Shown here: positions 35,801 to 46,827 of the stretch, piece after piece
Position numbering within the stretch: the stretch's first letter is position 1
Layout of the letters: each line of letters begins with the position of its first letter
Assembly: GCA_008632985.1 (NCBI GenBank)
Contig: QPGO01000044.1
Span: 434,001-498,000 of the forward strand
DNA from: Psammoneis japonica
Lineage: Eukaryota
DNA: 64,000 bases
Direction: 5' to 3'
The notes under the pieces: model-generated
The model's input: the letters and a program-made list of their open reading frames with translations, nothing else
Databases searched by the model: none
What the model was told of the DNA's origin: nothing
Position numbers and translations under genes: made by a program

Positions 35801-38800
35801 CTCAAAGACGCGCTGAAGGTGAGGGGCTTTCTTCAATTGTTTACGAAAGATGCTGTCGTTCCAACACAATCCATCAAGCTCTCTCGTCGCTGTCTCTGAA
35901 AAGAAAAGCAAAGAAGATGCAGATACACCCTCATATTCGACTCGAGACATGGCCATGGGTATGAAAGACTCAAGGAGACCAACGACGCCCTGTTAACTTT
36001 GGGGTCGACGGTTGTTATAAGAGTGACTGCTGATTGTGCTGCGACGCCTCGCTTTCAGTGGATCTTGTTCTCGTGTATGTCTAGTACATTTTCTACTTAC
36101 ACAAGATTGTATTGGGCATCGCCTTTGCTCGTGGTGACGCATGTTCTTCTGTGTTCTTCCGAGTATGTACTGATCTAGTACAGTTTCTACCTACACAAAA
36201 AACATATTGGAGTCACCCGTGCGTGTTGAAGTCAATTTTCTGGCGCGCCAGGAGAATTCTTCGTAGATATAGTACAGTTTTTACCTACGAGAGAGTTTCG
36301 TATTCCTTCTCGTAGACCGAATCTCACGGTTTTGCAGCGTCTCATTTTTCGTTCACTTTTGCACACGCGTCGTGTGCAGTCCTTCATCGACGATGGGGGA
36401 CAGCCTTGATTTTTTTGCGCCTCGCAAGAAGCGAGCGAAAGTCGATACCTCCGTTATGCCCGCCGCCTCCATGCCCGATGCCTCTGTTATGCCCGTCGCT
36501 GCCAAAGTCCACACCGACGAAATGGACGCCCCGATCATACCCGATACCTCCGTGATGGACGCCGCCTCCATGCCCGATACCACCGAGAGGGACGCCCCCG
36601 CCGATTACTCCGAGATGGACTCCGTCATTGGCGAACGCTACTTCAATCTTGAAGAGACTGCGAAACACCCGGTGAGGAAGATTCCAAAAGCCTATTCTCA
36701 AATTACCACGCTCAAGGCGAACGAGCCTTCGATGAAGGGCAAAACTCCCGTGGAACGCAAGGGATTTGTCGACGAAAATGGAAAGAGGGTGGTCCGAGAT
36801 TGTTTTGTTGGCTGGTCGGCTGCGCAAATTCGCTCATGGTTGCCAGGTAAGTCATTCAATTGTCCACATCTGCATTTTGTTATGAGCATCAGAGCACCAT
36901 CTTACATTCTTGTTCCTTGCACTTAGAAAAAGTGGACTGCCCGTTATGCCTCAGAAAGGACGTCCATAGAGACAAGATGGTCATCGATCGAAGCCGGGCT
37001 CATGGGTATAGAGAATGCGACGTTTGTGCTTCAGAAACCAAGCATAGGAATAGGTATGACTCAGACAAGGGTCTGGTCCACGAGCTAGTGAAGTACCCAA
37101 CTTGTGTCGGATGCGGCGCAAATTTACAGAAAATGTACGTCAACGAACATTTGCGTCATCTCGTGCACCAAGACCATTGCCATCACGAGAAGTGCACGGT
37201 AAGTGACTTTGCATTTTCGTTCTCTTCGTGTTTTGCACTCTTTGTTCTAACGTTCCCTGACTTGCCTCTTCTGCTGCAGAACAACGTCAGGAATCCCAAG
37301 TGTTCTGATTGCAACAACATACTCAAGCTGGCTGGTGACAACCCTACCGTTCTAGAAAACCTGGCGAGAGATTGCCTGAATCACAGGCGCGTGTCCCCCA
37401 ATTGCGAAGGGGGTATCAGAAGAGCGTTGGATGCCGAACTGCAGGAATTGCCGGATCACCAAGACGCCTTTGCTGCCATTGTAGCTGCAGTAAAGACTTC
37501 CTCAACGAAAATCGCCCCCACTGACAAAGCTCGTAAAGAAGAGGGTCGCCACGACGGCACGCCGGCTAATCCAAAGACCACCGACGTTGTGTTCTCCCGC
37601 AAACGGGCTTACCAGAAGTTTGCCGGCTACGTCATATACAAAAAGCTCTTGGCGGAGAATGTCACTCGCTATTATCAAGCAATTGGCAACAAGTCCAGGC
37701 AAGCCATCAAGTGCGAAATCATCCGCACCGTAGAGGACACTGGTGGCCGGTTCATCACAGAGGATGGTGGCAAGTTTTACGTGATGACATTTGGTGCAGT
37801 ACTCTACAAATTGAGCGGTTCTTTTTTACGTGAGAAACAGAAGAAGGAGAAGAAAGTGTAGACTTAGAGCTTTTAGTAGAAGAGGTGTTGAATTTCTCGT
37901 GCTTTCGTTGTTTCTCGTTTACCACGCTCAGAGTGGCTTACGATGATGACAATTGCATCGTGCAGATGATGCGTCGTCGGGCTGTCTGGAAAGCCAAATG
38001 CAGGCACAGCAATTTCTTGTCCATAGAGTCCAAGCAACTTGTTGCTACTCACAGCTTTGATCCTCAGATTTGGAAACGCTTTCTGAAGGTCACTGGCAAA
38101 CTGTTCCGCTAGCCACAAGGACACTTCACATCCCGTTAGAAGAATATCAATGGCACGAGGATGAGTCTTTCCGGCAATATGGGCTTCGAGACGTGCTCTG
38201 AGGCACCGAGAGAGATTGAAAGCGGTCAACCGGTTAAGGCTGGAGGATGCCTTGTCGGACTGCCACTCATCTTGGATCGCCTGACAAACCTTGGGGATGT
38301 CTTGAATGTCAGCCAGAACAGGATCCGTCGCATCTGGTTGTAGTGGCTTGATGAATCTGTTTCTCGTCAATCGAGTCATTCGGTGGTATATCTGAGGGTC
38401 TTGAGTCGTAGCTTTGCTCTCTTGGTACAAAATCACGTCGAGAGATCCGTTCATGAGCTCATGTATCAGTAGCTTCTCGTTGGGCTTGGACATTGGAGGG
38501 CTCTTATACTTGGCTCTACCCCAGTCAAGTAATACAATCTCTCCACCCAAATCGTCAAGGTCAAGACGTAAAGCATCATTGTCAATATCGCCTTGTGATC
38601 TCCCAAGTACATCTGCATCGTCTCCAGGAAAGGCAAAATTCATTCCTGCCTTGACAGCCGCTTGCTCACTTCCGTAGCATAAGAGTCCCTTGTTTGGATA
38701 AAAGGCCACCGACATTGTCTGACCGCGGGCTGCCAGACAGATCTGTCGATAAGCATCCAACGAAGACGAGACGCAAAGTCCAAAGGAACCCTTGGCGTTT

Positions 38801-40185
38801 TGGAGAAAGGCCTTGGTCGTCATGAGGAGATCGTTATCAAAAAAGGCATTGATTGTCTTGAGGCAAAAGTCAAATATACTGTTTCCGCTTTCACCCTCTC
38901 TGGAAATCCACCGATTCAGAGGTTCAATCAATGTATCGCACCGAGCTTCCAGTTTTGTTGCCACACGCATGGCAAAGGAACGACGGATATCGTCTTGATC
39001 TGAAATACGTTCAAACCCAGTCGTCTTGAGCATCTCGCCAAGAACGTCTTCAAACAGAGAACCAATCGATTCAAAGTAATGATAGTCGGGAAACGTTTTA
39101 TTCTTGATTTGCAAGGTACTCGTCGAAAGGCCCAAACAAATAGCATAGCGGGCACTCAGCCCAAAGCTACCTTGGGTACGCATCAAATCGACAAGGCCGG
39201 CAATAGCACAAGAATCGACAGGTGCCGGCATGGGACCAAGAACCGTTTGTAGAAAGGTCTGGACTACTTCCAAGTCGTACGTAACTCCATTCAACTTAAA
39301 ATACTCAAAGTCACCATTGTGCGTGACAAAGTTCTCCACCCGAGTATTGCGTGGTACAAAGTCGTGGCTGCCGGTATGCTCCACCTTCATATTGTAAACG
39401 CGACAAGTCCTTGGCGGAGTCCATTGCTGAGGATGAGTGCCCTCAAAGGTGGCCTTGGACGTTGTTGCAAAACGAGTATGGCCAGCAAAAAAGCTACAGT
39501 CACCGCCGTGAGGAAGATTTACATCGCGTTCAATGCGCTTTCGAACCAATTGACTAAGGTCCGTTCTCTTTCTATTCACAACACGACTCCGAATTCCCTT
39601 GAGACCATCACTGCTCTTGTTGTTGTTATCGGGCTGAAAGGTCACGACACCACCCGACTGAGCTCCTCTCATGCTTGTCACTCGAATCATGGTTGCTAAA
39701 ATGTCTAGTGCCGTCCTGCCGCCATTGTCACTCGACCATGCCTTGTGAAGCAAAAGTATTCCAAAGTTTCCGCAGTAAAAGACATGAAGAGACCGAGATC
39801 CTAAAATACCAACGAGATCGGTAGAAACGGCCTCCAAGGCTGTAATTAGAGCCATCATACGAGCAATGCGACAATGGCTTGTATGATTCTGGTTATCCGT
39901 CGTGATCCAGACAACAGCAGCCAGAATCACACTCGCTATCCATCCAGCATGACGAACCACGGCAGAGTCAATGACATTATCCGCGAGCTCTGGAACAACA
40001 ACTTGACGCAAGAACAAGGATCGGAGTATCACACCGATAATGCCATTACGGCTAAGTATATCATCTGAATAGCCAAGCGCCGCCGCGGTCAAGAGATGAG
40101 CTCCTTCATGAAGTGCTCCGAACAAAAGATACCAGAAAAGTAGGACCAACATCCGCTCATGAGCAACCTTGTTGCTCATGGTCAC
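32834..40185 (-). CDS. Membrane-associated class II glutamine amidotransferase/SIS (GFAT/GlmS-like) protein with EF-hand pair, interrupted by a 2.8-kb insertion
   Basis: Exons 40185-~37929, ~35105-35061, 34978-34420, 34323-32834; GT-AG introns 35060-34979 and 34419-34324. Motifs CGNFG, GHTRFATTS, THNGDF, IIVSHS|GGTF across the insertion, and EF-hands DLDGNGFISEEEF and DEDGSGDLDVDEF. Confidence 0.85.
35384..35956 (-). CDS. Hypothetical protein inside the insertion (acidic C-terminal tail)
   Basis: 190-aa ORF with normal composition, divergent from the nuclease gene; no recognised motif. Confidence 0.55.
   Translation of the reverse strand: MAMSRVEYEGVSASSLLFFSETATRELDGLCWNDSIFRKQLKKAPHLQRVFEILVTNGEDALDKEDVADQIAMLYIEHALLNRGTFACAQKKMFSKRYVEIPLTTRDDTKNIVETELNYVSSLLSNINTSSLIEMRNRLEFWKDYEVGTTGNDRDHDDDTTDDTGNHNGNDRGSDIDGYHVIPYHRNDIM
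36082..36288 (+). promoter_or_regulatory. Three 19-bp direct repeats at 94-bp spacing between the divergent genes
   Basis: TAGTACATTTTCTACTTAC (36082), TAGTACAGTTTCTACCTAC (36176), TAGTACAGTTTTTACCTAC (36270); regulatory role inferred from position only. Confidence 0.6.
36393..37861 (+). CDS. Endonuclease VII-like (His-Me finger) nuclease fused to a DUF6824-like domain, with N-terminal NLS; ~435 aa after splicing
   Basis: Introns 36847-36926 and 37199-37279 (GTAAGT...AG). Spliced: CVGC...QDHCHHEKCTNNVRNPKCSDCNNILKLAGDNP. C-terminal TDVVFSRKR...TGGRFI...YKLSGSFLRE. NLS PRKKRAKV. Confidence 0.75.
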
Positions 40186-40806
40186 TGCAATCTTTTGTCA
40201 CTGAGAGTCTTTCGCTTCTTTTTCAGTTACGATATTAAAATATGATGGAGTCGAATCCGATGAACACAAGAGAAATCATTCCAATGCTGACGATGATGAT
40301 GGTTTGCATTTGCATTGAATCTTGAAATTGTGAGTTTCACACGTTGACGTTTTCGTGACACCTCTCGCGCGCAGATGCCGTAGTTTTGATGGCGCGCGAA
40401 ACTTCGAGTCGAACTAGTCAAAAAGTAAGAAAAAAATAAAAAATAGAAGGCATAACTTTTGAGAGTACCGGTAGTAGAGTGTCACTAAGGATACCGTATC
40501 GGGAAGTGTTTAAAGTAGCCGGGTAGACGAATACCTCTTGCTAGTAGAAAGTAGGAACCACGTCAAGCAACTTTGAGTATAATAGGAATCGATGAACACG
40601 GACAACAAGAGAAACGTAAGCAATGCTACGAAGAAACGAAGAAGCAAAGACTACAAAGGATGTTCTTGTACACTTCCAGATAGTGCAACTTGCAGTAGGT
40701 TTAGCTTTTTACTGAGTTTGACAAGAAATGAGAAGCCATGCACCTTATCCGACTTAATCCAATGAAATGTGAGTGCGGGTCGCAGTAAGTCGTAGCAAAT
40801 TCTTTC

Positions 40807-41721
40807 TTAAAAGTTGGTGAGAACACGCCCCTCAAAGACTCCAGCCTTTTCCAAAATGCCCTTGACAGCTTCTGCCATTCCCTTCATGCCGCACATCAGA
40901 GCGCCCGAGTTTCGGGGAATGGCTACCCCATCCTCTTCCAAACAGTTTTGCACATAGCCAGTACGTCCCTGCCAACTTTCTGGCGGGTCACTCATGACGG
41001 GTACTACCTGAAATCCAGCCTCTTCCCACTTTGGGAATTCATGAACAAAGCACAAGTCTGCTGGGCTCCTGACGCCATAGTACAGACGAGCCGTGCGTCC
41101 ACCCGATTTACCAACATTTAATTGTCCACTTTCCATGGCAGCCTTTAGAGGTGCAATTCCGGATCCAGCGGCAAACAAGAGAACGTTTTGAGTCGGAAAA
41201 TCGTACTTGAATCCATCAAAATTCTCCTCGATTGGAAATCCTCCACCCAACACTTGCGATACTTGAATGGTACTCCCCGGCTTGGCCGACGTCATCCAAT
41301 CGTTATCGTCCGTCTTTTTCACTAAAAATTCAAACTCGGTGCTCTCTTCGGGACCTGGCGGAGCGCTTGCAATGGCCAAAAAGAGTGGTTTCGTATCATC
41401 GTTTAAACGGACCTGCACGTATTGTCCCGGGATTTTGTAGTCGGCAGCCGTGTCATCCGGCACATTGACCTTGAGAGAAACACAAAGTTCCGAAGGACAA
41501 GCAGCCTCATTCGACAGCACTTCAGCGCTCGTCCAGATTGGTTCGGGACCCCATCCCATAAACAAGACACCACGAGATTGTTTAGATGGTCTGCCTGGAG
41601 TTGTTGTAACAAAGGCTGGCGGAGATGGACGTGCCGTCGTCACGAGAGATCTCGAATTCGCCACAAACGCATGGCTCGTAGTGGCACATAGTGCTAGCAG
41701 CAGTGAGACAAGCTTTACCAT
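40807..41721 (-). CDS. Plastid-targeted FAD/NAD(P)-binding oxidoreductase (FNR-like, pKIWI502-like)
   Basis: Signal peptide ending TSHA|F plus transit peptide; PGQYVQVR, FLAIASAP, LFAAGSGIAP, LYYGVR, MCGMKGM. Confidence 0.88.
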   Translation of the reverse strand: MVKLVSLLLALCATTSHAFVANSRSLVTTARPSPPAFVTTTPGRPSKQSRGVLFMGWGPEPIWTSAEVLSNEAACPSELCVSLKVNVPDDTAADYKIPGQYVQVRLNDDTKPLFLAIASAPPGPEESTEFEFLVKKTDDNDWMTSAKPGSTIQVSQVLGGGFPIEENFDGFKYDFPTQNVLLFAAGSGIAPLKAAMESGQLNVGKSGGRTARLYYGVRSPADLCFVHEFPKWEEAGFQVVPVMSDPPESWQGRTGYVQNCLEEDGVAIPRNSGALMCGMKGMAEAVKGILEKAGVFEGRVLTNF

Positions 41722-42012
41722 GTTGATGCAGCTTTGCCTCTTTTCTTAGCCATAGCAACAGCAACAGAGAAATGTGAGGTGAATGCAATCCGAAAACGGA
41801 CGCGATCGCTTTGAAAACACGTCACTCCCTCCAAGATCGCGCGAAAATCGCGCGAAAAATCTCCCACGTGTCGAATCTTTTTTTGCTCACATTTTTCACG
41901 CACGACCAACGACCAACGCAACCGGGTGTGTCACCTCCATTGTACTCGTACCTAACAGAAAAGGATGAACGATGAGTGAGACTCATGTCTTCTGCAGTCG
42001 CTTCTCTTCATC

Positions 42013-42900
42013 ATGAAGTTCCTCTTATTCTTGATATGTCTCTTGCTACGACGCTGTGATTCCAAAATTATTTCAAAGTCTTCCGAGATTGTAGGTGCCG
42101 GTCTCTTTCGCTATCACTATGACGACAATCACACACAACACAAGAGCGTCGTCATTTTGGGAGTTGGGACTGCAATGACCATTTCCGATTACGACTTGGT
42201 GGCCAAGGAAATTGTATTTTCCAATACAGATTCGATTGTGTTTGTTATCGATCCAGAACCGGATTGGTTCATCAAGACAAATGCAGCGCTATGCCAAGCT
42301 GGCAAACGCGATTGTGGACGAGACGCTATCCAAGAATTGTACAGTGATTGTCTGTAGCATACATTTGAATCGTCACGACTTGAATATTTTGATCGGAGGC
42401 CATTCTGCGGGCGGAGAGGCCGCCATGGGATCTTTGCCACATCTCTCGGCGTTTACTCCGAAAGGATATCTTTATTGGATCCATTTGAAATCGACGAGAA
42501 TCATTCACTAGTTTTGCCGGCGCTCTTTTGGGGTTTTCGACAACAACTGTGGTGTCAATGTCGATAAGGCTGCCAAGGCTGGCTATCAGATCACAAGGAA
42601 GAAACATCGGGTCTTTTATCAAATACGAAACGACACGAAAACGACAAGATGATTCATCATTGCATCTTTACCAACAATGGTTGTTGTGCGTGTCCCAAGA
42701 TCCTTCCACTGACAAGCAAAAGGTAATTCTTGAATTGGTTGGAAAATCGACAAATCGATTCCTTCGAGCGATAAACGAGAAAAGCTTTATGCGAAAAGCC
42801 TTTGAGCTGGGTCAGGACGACGACGGTGTTACCTGTTTGTGAATGAGGATCAAGTCGATATGGATTCGACCAAATGTGAATTTCGAATAGATATCTTGAT
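42013..42900 (+). pseudogene. Secreted alpha/beta-hydrolase (chlorophyllase-like) with several frameshifts; pseudogene or assembly errors
   Basis: Signal peptide; ILIGGHSAGG nucleophile elbow in ORF 42212-42511; coding sequence is spread over at least three frames. Confidence 0.55.
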
Positions 42901-43279
42901 AGATAAAATGATAAGCGCAGTTTCCAGCTTGTCGATTGCGTCGACTGCTATAGAGAAGTATGCTTTCTTTTTCTCTCTTGTACCGCAGGTAGTGCGTGGC
43001 TTCGTTCCCTCAGCGCGGCTTTGAATTCTAATTAGAGATAAGCAAGGAAGCATAAATATCTTTTTTCTAGATGAGTGAACCATTCTGTATCAGCCTCTCC
43101 TAGCATATCTTGGTACACCGAGAGCAGCACTCAAGTCATGAGCAAGTAGAACGATCGACGCAGTACGATGAGTGGAATGACAAAGGCATATCCAAGTGTC
43201 GTTGCTAGATGTGTCATCCGCACCGATTCGACCAAAAGCTACAACTGGCTGCTTTCTCCTTCGGAAACCAAACCTCTTC

Positions 43280-45125
43280 TCAGGGTAAAACTATTTCAGT
43301 GCCTTCAGCCGGGACTCGTTTTGATATCCACTTTTCAATTACGATACCTTCCGACCGCATGTTACGTTCCAGCTGCACCATCATTCTGAAACATTCGACC
43401 GTCATGGCCACGAATTCTGGGAGCCACACCCAACGGGAGGGAAGGATGCTGTCATTGAACAAGAACTTCATAGGCGTTCGCATGGAATTTAGCATTATCC
43501 CAGCTAAAGCAAAGTCAAAGTGAACCCGATGCTGAGTCTTTGGCGAGGCGAAAGAACATACAATGAGTGTCAGTGCCAGGTACTCTCGCAACAAAAACCC
43601 CACAAAGAAATCCACTAAGTCCCGTCAAGACTCCGACAACAGACGTAGCGAGCCCTACGTATCTATGCATAGTTGATGCCTTTCGGGCCACGACCCATCG
43701 ATTCAAGGGGTAGAGCGCTAGATAGCAACCAGCAAAAACGCGGTGAAGGAGAACAGTTGTTGTTGCACTAAACGGAATCAAAGCGTGCTCTTCCTCTAAA
43801 ATCCAGAGGTGATGCCCGCCGAAAGCTCGTATGATATCGTGGAAAATTTGATAAGCCGTCACACCCGCAACAATGCCGACAGCTGCTTTAACATTTCGGT
43901 GGTTACTCATGCTGAGAACAACCGACACAATCGGAACGGTCACGACAAGTAGCAATAAAAGACGACGCTCAAAGTCCCCCAAATGGTGCTGAACCCAATA
44001 ATCCGATTGCATCCCTCGCGGTATGGAGATCCACGCAACTGCACTAAACGTCGCTGCAAATGTCGAGTAGGGCACCGTATGCAAAATGTGTCGCAACTTG
44101 GATGAGAGCAGCAGGTCACTGCGCATCAGCACGAGGTGACCAGCGGCGGGGACGAGCCAGTGGCTCATGTAACCAAATCTTGTCCACTCGTAAATGGCGG
44201 TGCCGGCGCAAACAGCACTTGCAAAGCAGGCGTACACGAACCGAAGCGAGTTCCAATTCATTTGCCGGAACGCTTCCTGATAGAGAACGTTGGTGGCACT
44301 CGTGGCTGCCGCGCCCTTGGTCCAGAGCTGGTGTTGTATGTCCAAGCCCCAAAAGGTCGAGGGTTTTATTGGGCGTAAAAAGCCGGTAATCGCAATCAGA
44401 GTTAGCCACAGCGTCCACAGTTTGCCCAGGTGAACGTGGTGCTTAACATGTTGTTTCTTATCACCCTTTGGGTACCACATGATTGCGGCAATGAGAATGG
44501 TTGTGCTGTACACGAGGAAATTGTGGATTCGGTGGTTCCAACCAACCCAATCCCCTCCTGAAAAGTAGTGCATCAACATGATAAAGAGCGGGTCCGCCAA
44601 CAAGCCGAGGTAGACTGCGTTTAACCATTCTGCATCAGCCACTCCACAATCTCTGTATGGAGACGGCACATTCCAGAGGTACAAAGCGGACCAAACAAGA
44701 CGGTAGGCACAGATTGCGATAAAAAGCACCGTCATTGCATCAACCCCTCGGGACAACCAGGTGTCTCGGTCCGCTGAGCCAACAACCAACATGAGCATGC
44801 TCACAGTATTGATTCCGTGGAGTTCAATGTTCCGTAGCGTTATCTCGGCTTGTCGATACCAGAAACAGTTCGTTACCCAATAGCCCACCGAGCACACAGT
44901 CGAGAACGCTGCTGCGATCCACAGCAATTGCGTTTTCTTTGTATCATCATCCTCTTCTTGCATAGTGCTAGAGCCAAACTCGTAAACGACAAGGGCTACG
45001 CAGTTGAAGGCTTGGCTGAGATAGGTCGCCTGATACCAGCATTGAGTCCACGACATACGTATGGTCAAAGATGCGTGATACACCGCGACCACAAGACGAA
45101 ACAAAAACGCCGCTGTCATTGTCAT
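43280..45125 (-). CDS. Multi-pass membrane protein of unknown function; probable frameshift near 43600
   Basis: 536-aa ORF 43515-45125 with many hydrophobic helices and His motifs (HVHLGKLW, MHRYVG); overlapping ORF 43280-43615 looks like its continuation. Confidence 0.65.
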
Positions 45126-45497
45126 CGTTTCTTCTTATGTGCCATGAGGTAATGAGAAAATGAAATCCAAAAAAAGTGGACCATCGCCGCGATCGCCAAA
45201 CATTCGCCAGCCAAAATTCCGAAAAATCCATGGTTCCTACCGGTACGGGACGTAATTAAAGTTATAAATTGAACGTTAAATTTTAATTAACAACGTACCG
45301 ATGATTAGCGACTATTTTTATATCTCTTCTCCAGTAATTTTGAAGCTGATTTAAAAATCTCAATGCTCCCGCGCAAAATAAAATTTGGAAAATTTCATTC
45401 CGCACAAAAAAAGCGCCAGAAAAGCACCATCAAAACCGCACCACGACCCCATCCTTACAAGCATAGGTTTGTTTTTTCAGGACGACCTTGCGCTATA

Positions 45498-46323
45498 ATG
45501 TCACAGTCTAATACAGATACAGACCCGCGATTCTCGCTGACAGACTGGGAACGTGAAAGCGTCCTTCGCCTCAAGGAGGCTTGCGACAAGGAGGGCCTAA
45601 AATATGGATCAGTTTTTGATCTTGCAAAAATATGTTTTGGTGAGCAAAAGCGTTGCCAAGGACAAGGATAAACGCGCCGACGAGAAGCGTCTCAACGAGG
45701 CTCTAAAGAGAATTCGCAAGTATCGGGACATTGTTACTAAAATGGGTTTAGAAAAGGTGAATCCCAAGTCTGTGCTAGAAGAACTGAATCAGAAATCGCC
45801 GGGTTTCTTGGTGTTTGATTACCGCCGAGACAAGGAAGGACACCAAGTTCTAGCCCAGTGCTATCAACACTCACCAACGTACCTTTTAAAAGCCACAGAA
45901 CAAGAGGTAGCAGAGTGCATAGCGGAAGCCTTTTGGAGGCTCGACCTTGCGGCTGCTGACATGGTGGAGGCTCGACGGGGTGTGGCGCTGGTAGTACGCA
46001 GTTCCGAAACAGAAAAAACAACCGTGAGCAAGGCTGTGGATCACGCCCGTTTGATGCTGAAGTTTAAACGCTACCCCACCAGAGACGCTCATCACGTCCG
46101 TGTGACCAAGCTTTATGCGCAACTTTCTCCCGTCATTGAACATTTAGTCGACCTGGGCAAGAAACTAATTTTACCAAAGAAATACGCAAATCGTCTCCAG
46201 CTGGTGTCCACCGTGTCTGAATTGGAAACGTATGTGGAACGAGACCCGATATCACTACAGGATTGGGTCACGGAGCGCGAAGCTACTTACAAGGAGACTG
46301 TCGAAAAACTGCGCCTCGAATGA
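45498..46323 (+). CDS. Diatom CRAL-TRIO-like protein; +1 frameshift in an A run at ~45626-45630
   Basis: Joining ORFs 45363-45671 and 45604-46323 gives a protein collinear with the intact paralogue at 62746-63570. Family call is tentative. Confidence 0.7.
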
Positions 46324-46827
46324 GCACGAAAGCGACATGTAATGTTGCAGCCAACGCGATATCTTACACGGCCTACATGCGTCCAACTCTACAGATATTG
46401 ATATAATGATAGTGGATGAGTTGTCATTGAAGTAGCTAGGGAAAGGTCACCACCAGGACACTAAACATATTGACGCAAATGGCATCAAACGAAGAGGCCG
46501 GCTTGCAACCGTAGAAATCGTTGACGAATGATTTCACGAAGGAGCTTGGGAGGATTAACATCTGACGATTTCTTGTAAGTTATTGTCATGACCGATTTTG
46601 GGTAGAAGTGATTGACGGTAAAGATTTGTTTTTGTGTCTCAATCGTTGTTTGCTATTGCCACGAAATTTGAGCAGCAATGAATTGATCCCGATCGACACA
46701 CCAAAACCCGAAACTGCATTCATTCACAAGAAAACCGAGCACAAAGCAAGTCTCTTCTTTTCATGCTGATGCAGAGACCAATCAATCGTTTCTCTTTTGC
46801 AAGTCCCATTGACCTTACAAACAAGAG

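Larger units (their letters stand above)
35106..37928. mobile_element. 2823-bp insertion without terminal inverted repeats, flanked by a CAGA duplication, carrying two divergent genes
   Basis: CAGA at 35102-35105 and 37929-37932; removing the insert and one copy rejoins AGC CAC TCT GGT GGG ACA (SHSGGT) in frame. Confidence 0.85.

Noticed and set aside
36082..36288. Mini CRISPR array
   Set aside because: Only three imperfect 19-bp repeats with 75-bp gaps and no cas genes; kept as a possible regulatory motif.
35106..37928. Helitron or group I/II intron identity for the insertion
   Set aside because: A 4-bp duplication is present, there is no CTRR end or strong terminal hairpin, no ribozyme core was recognised, and the cargo has spliceosomal introns.
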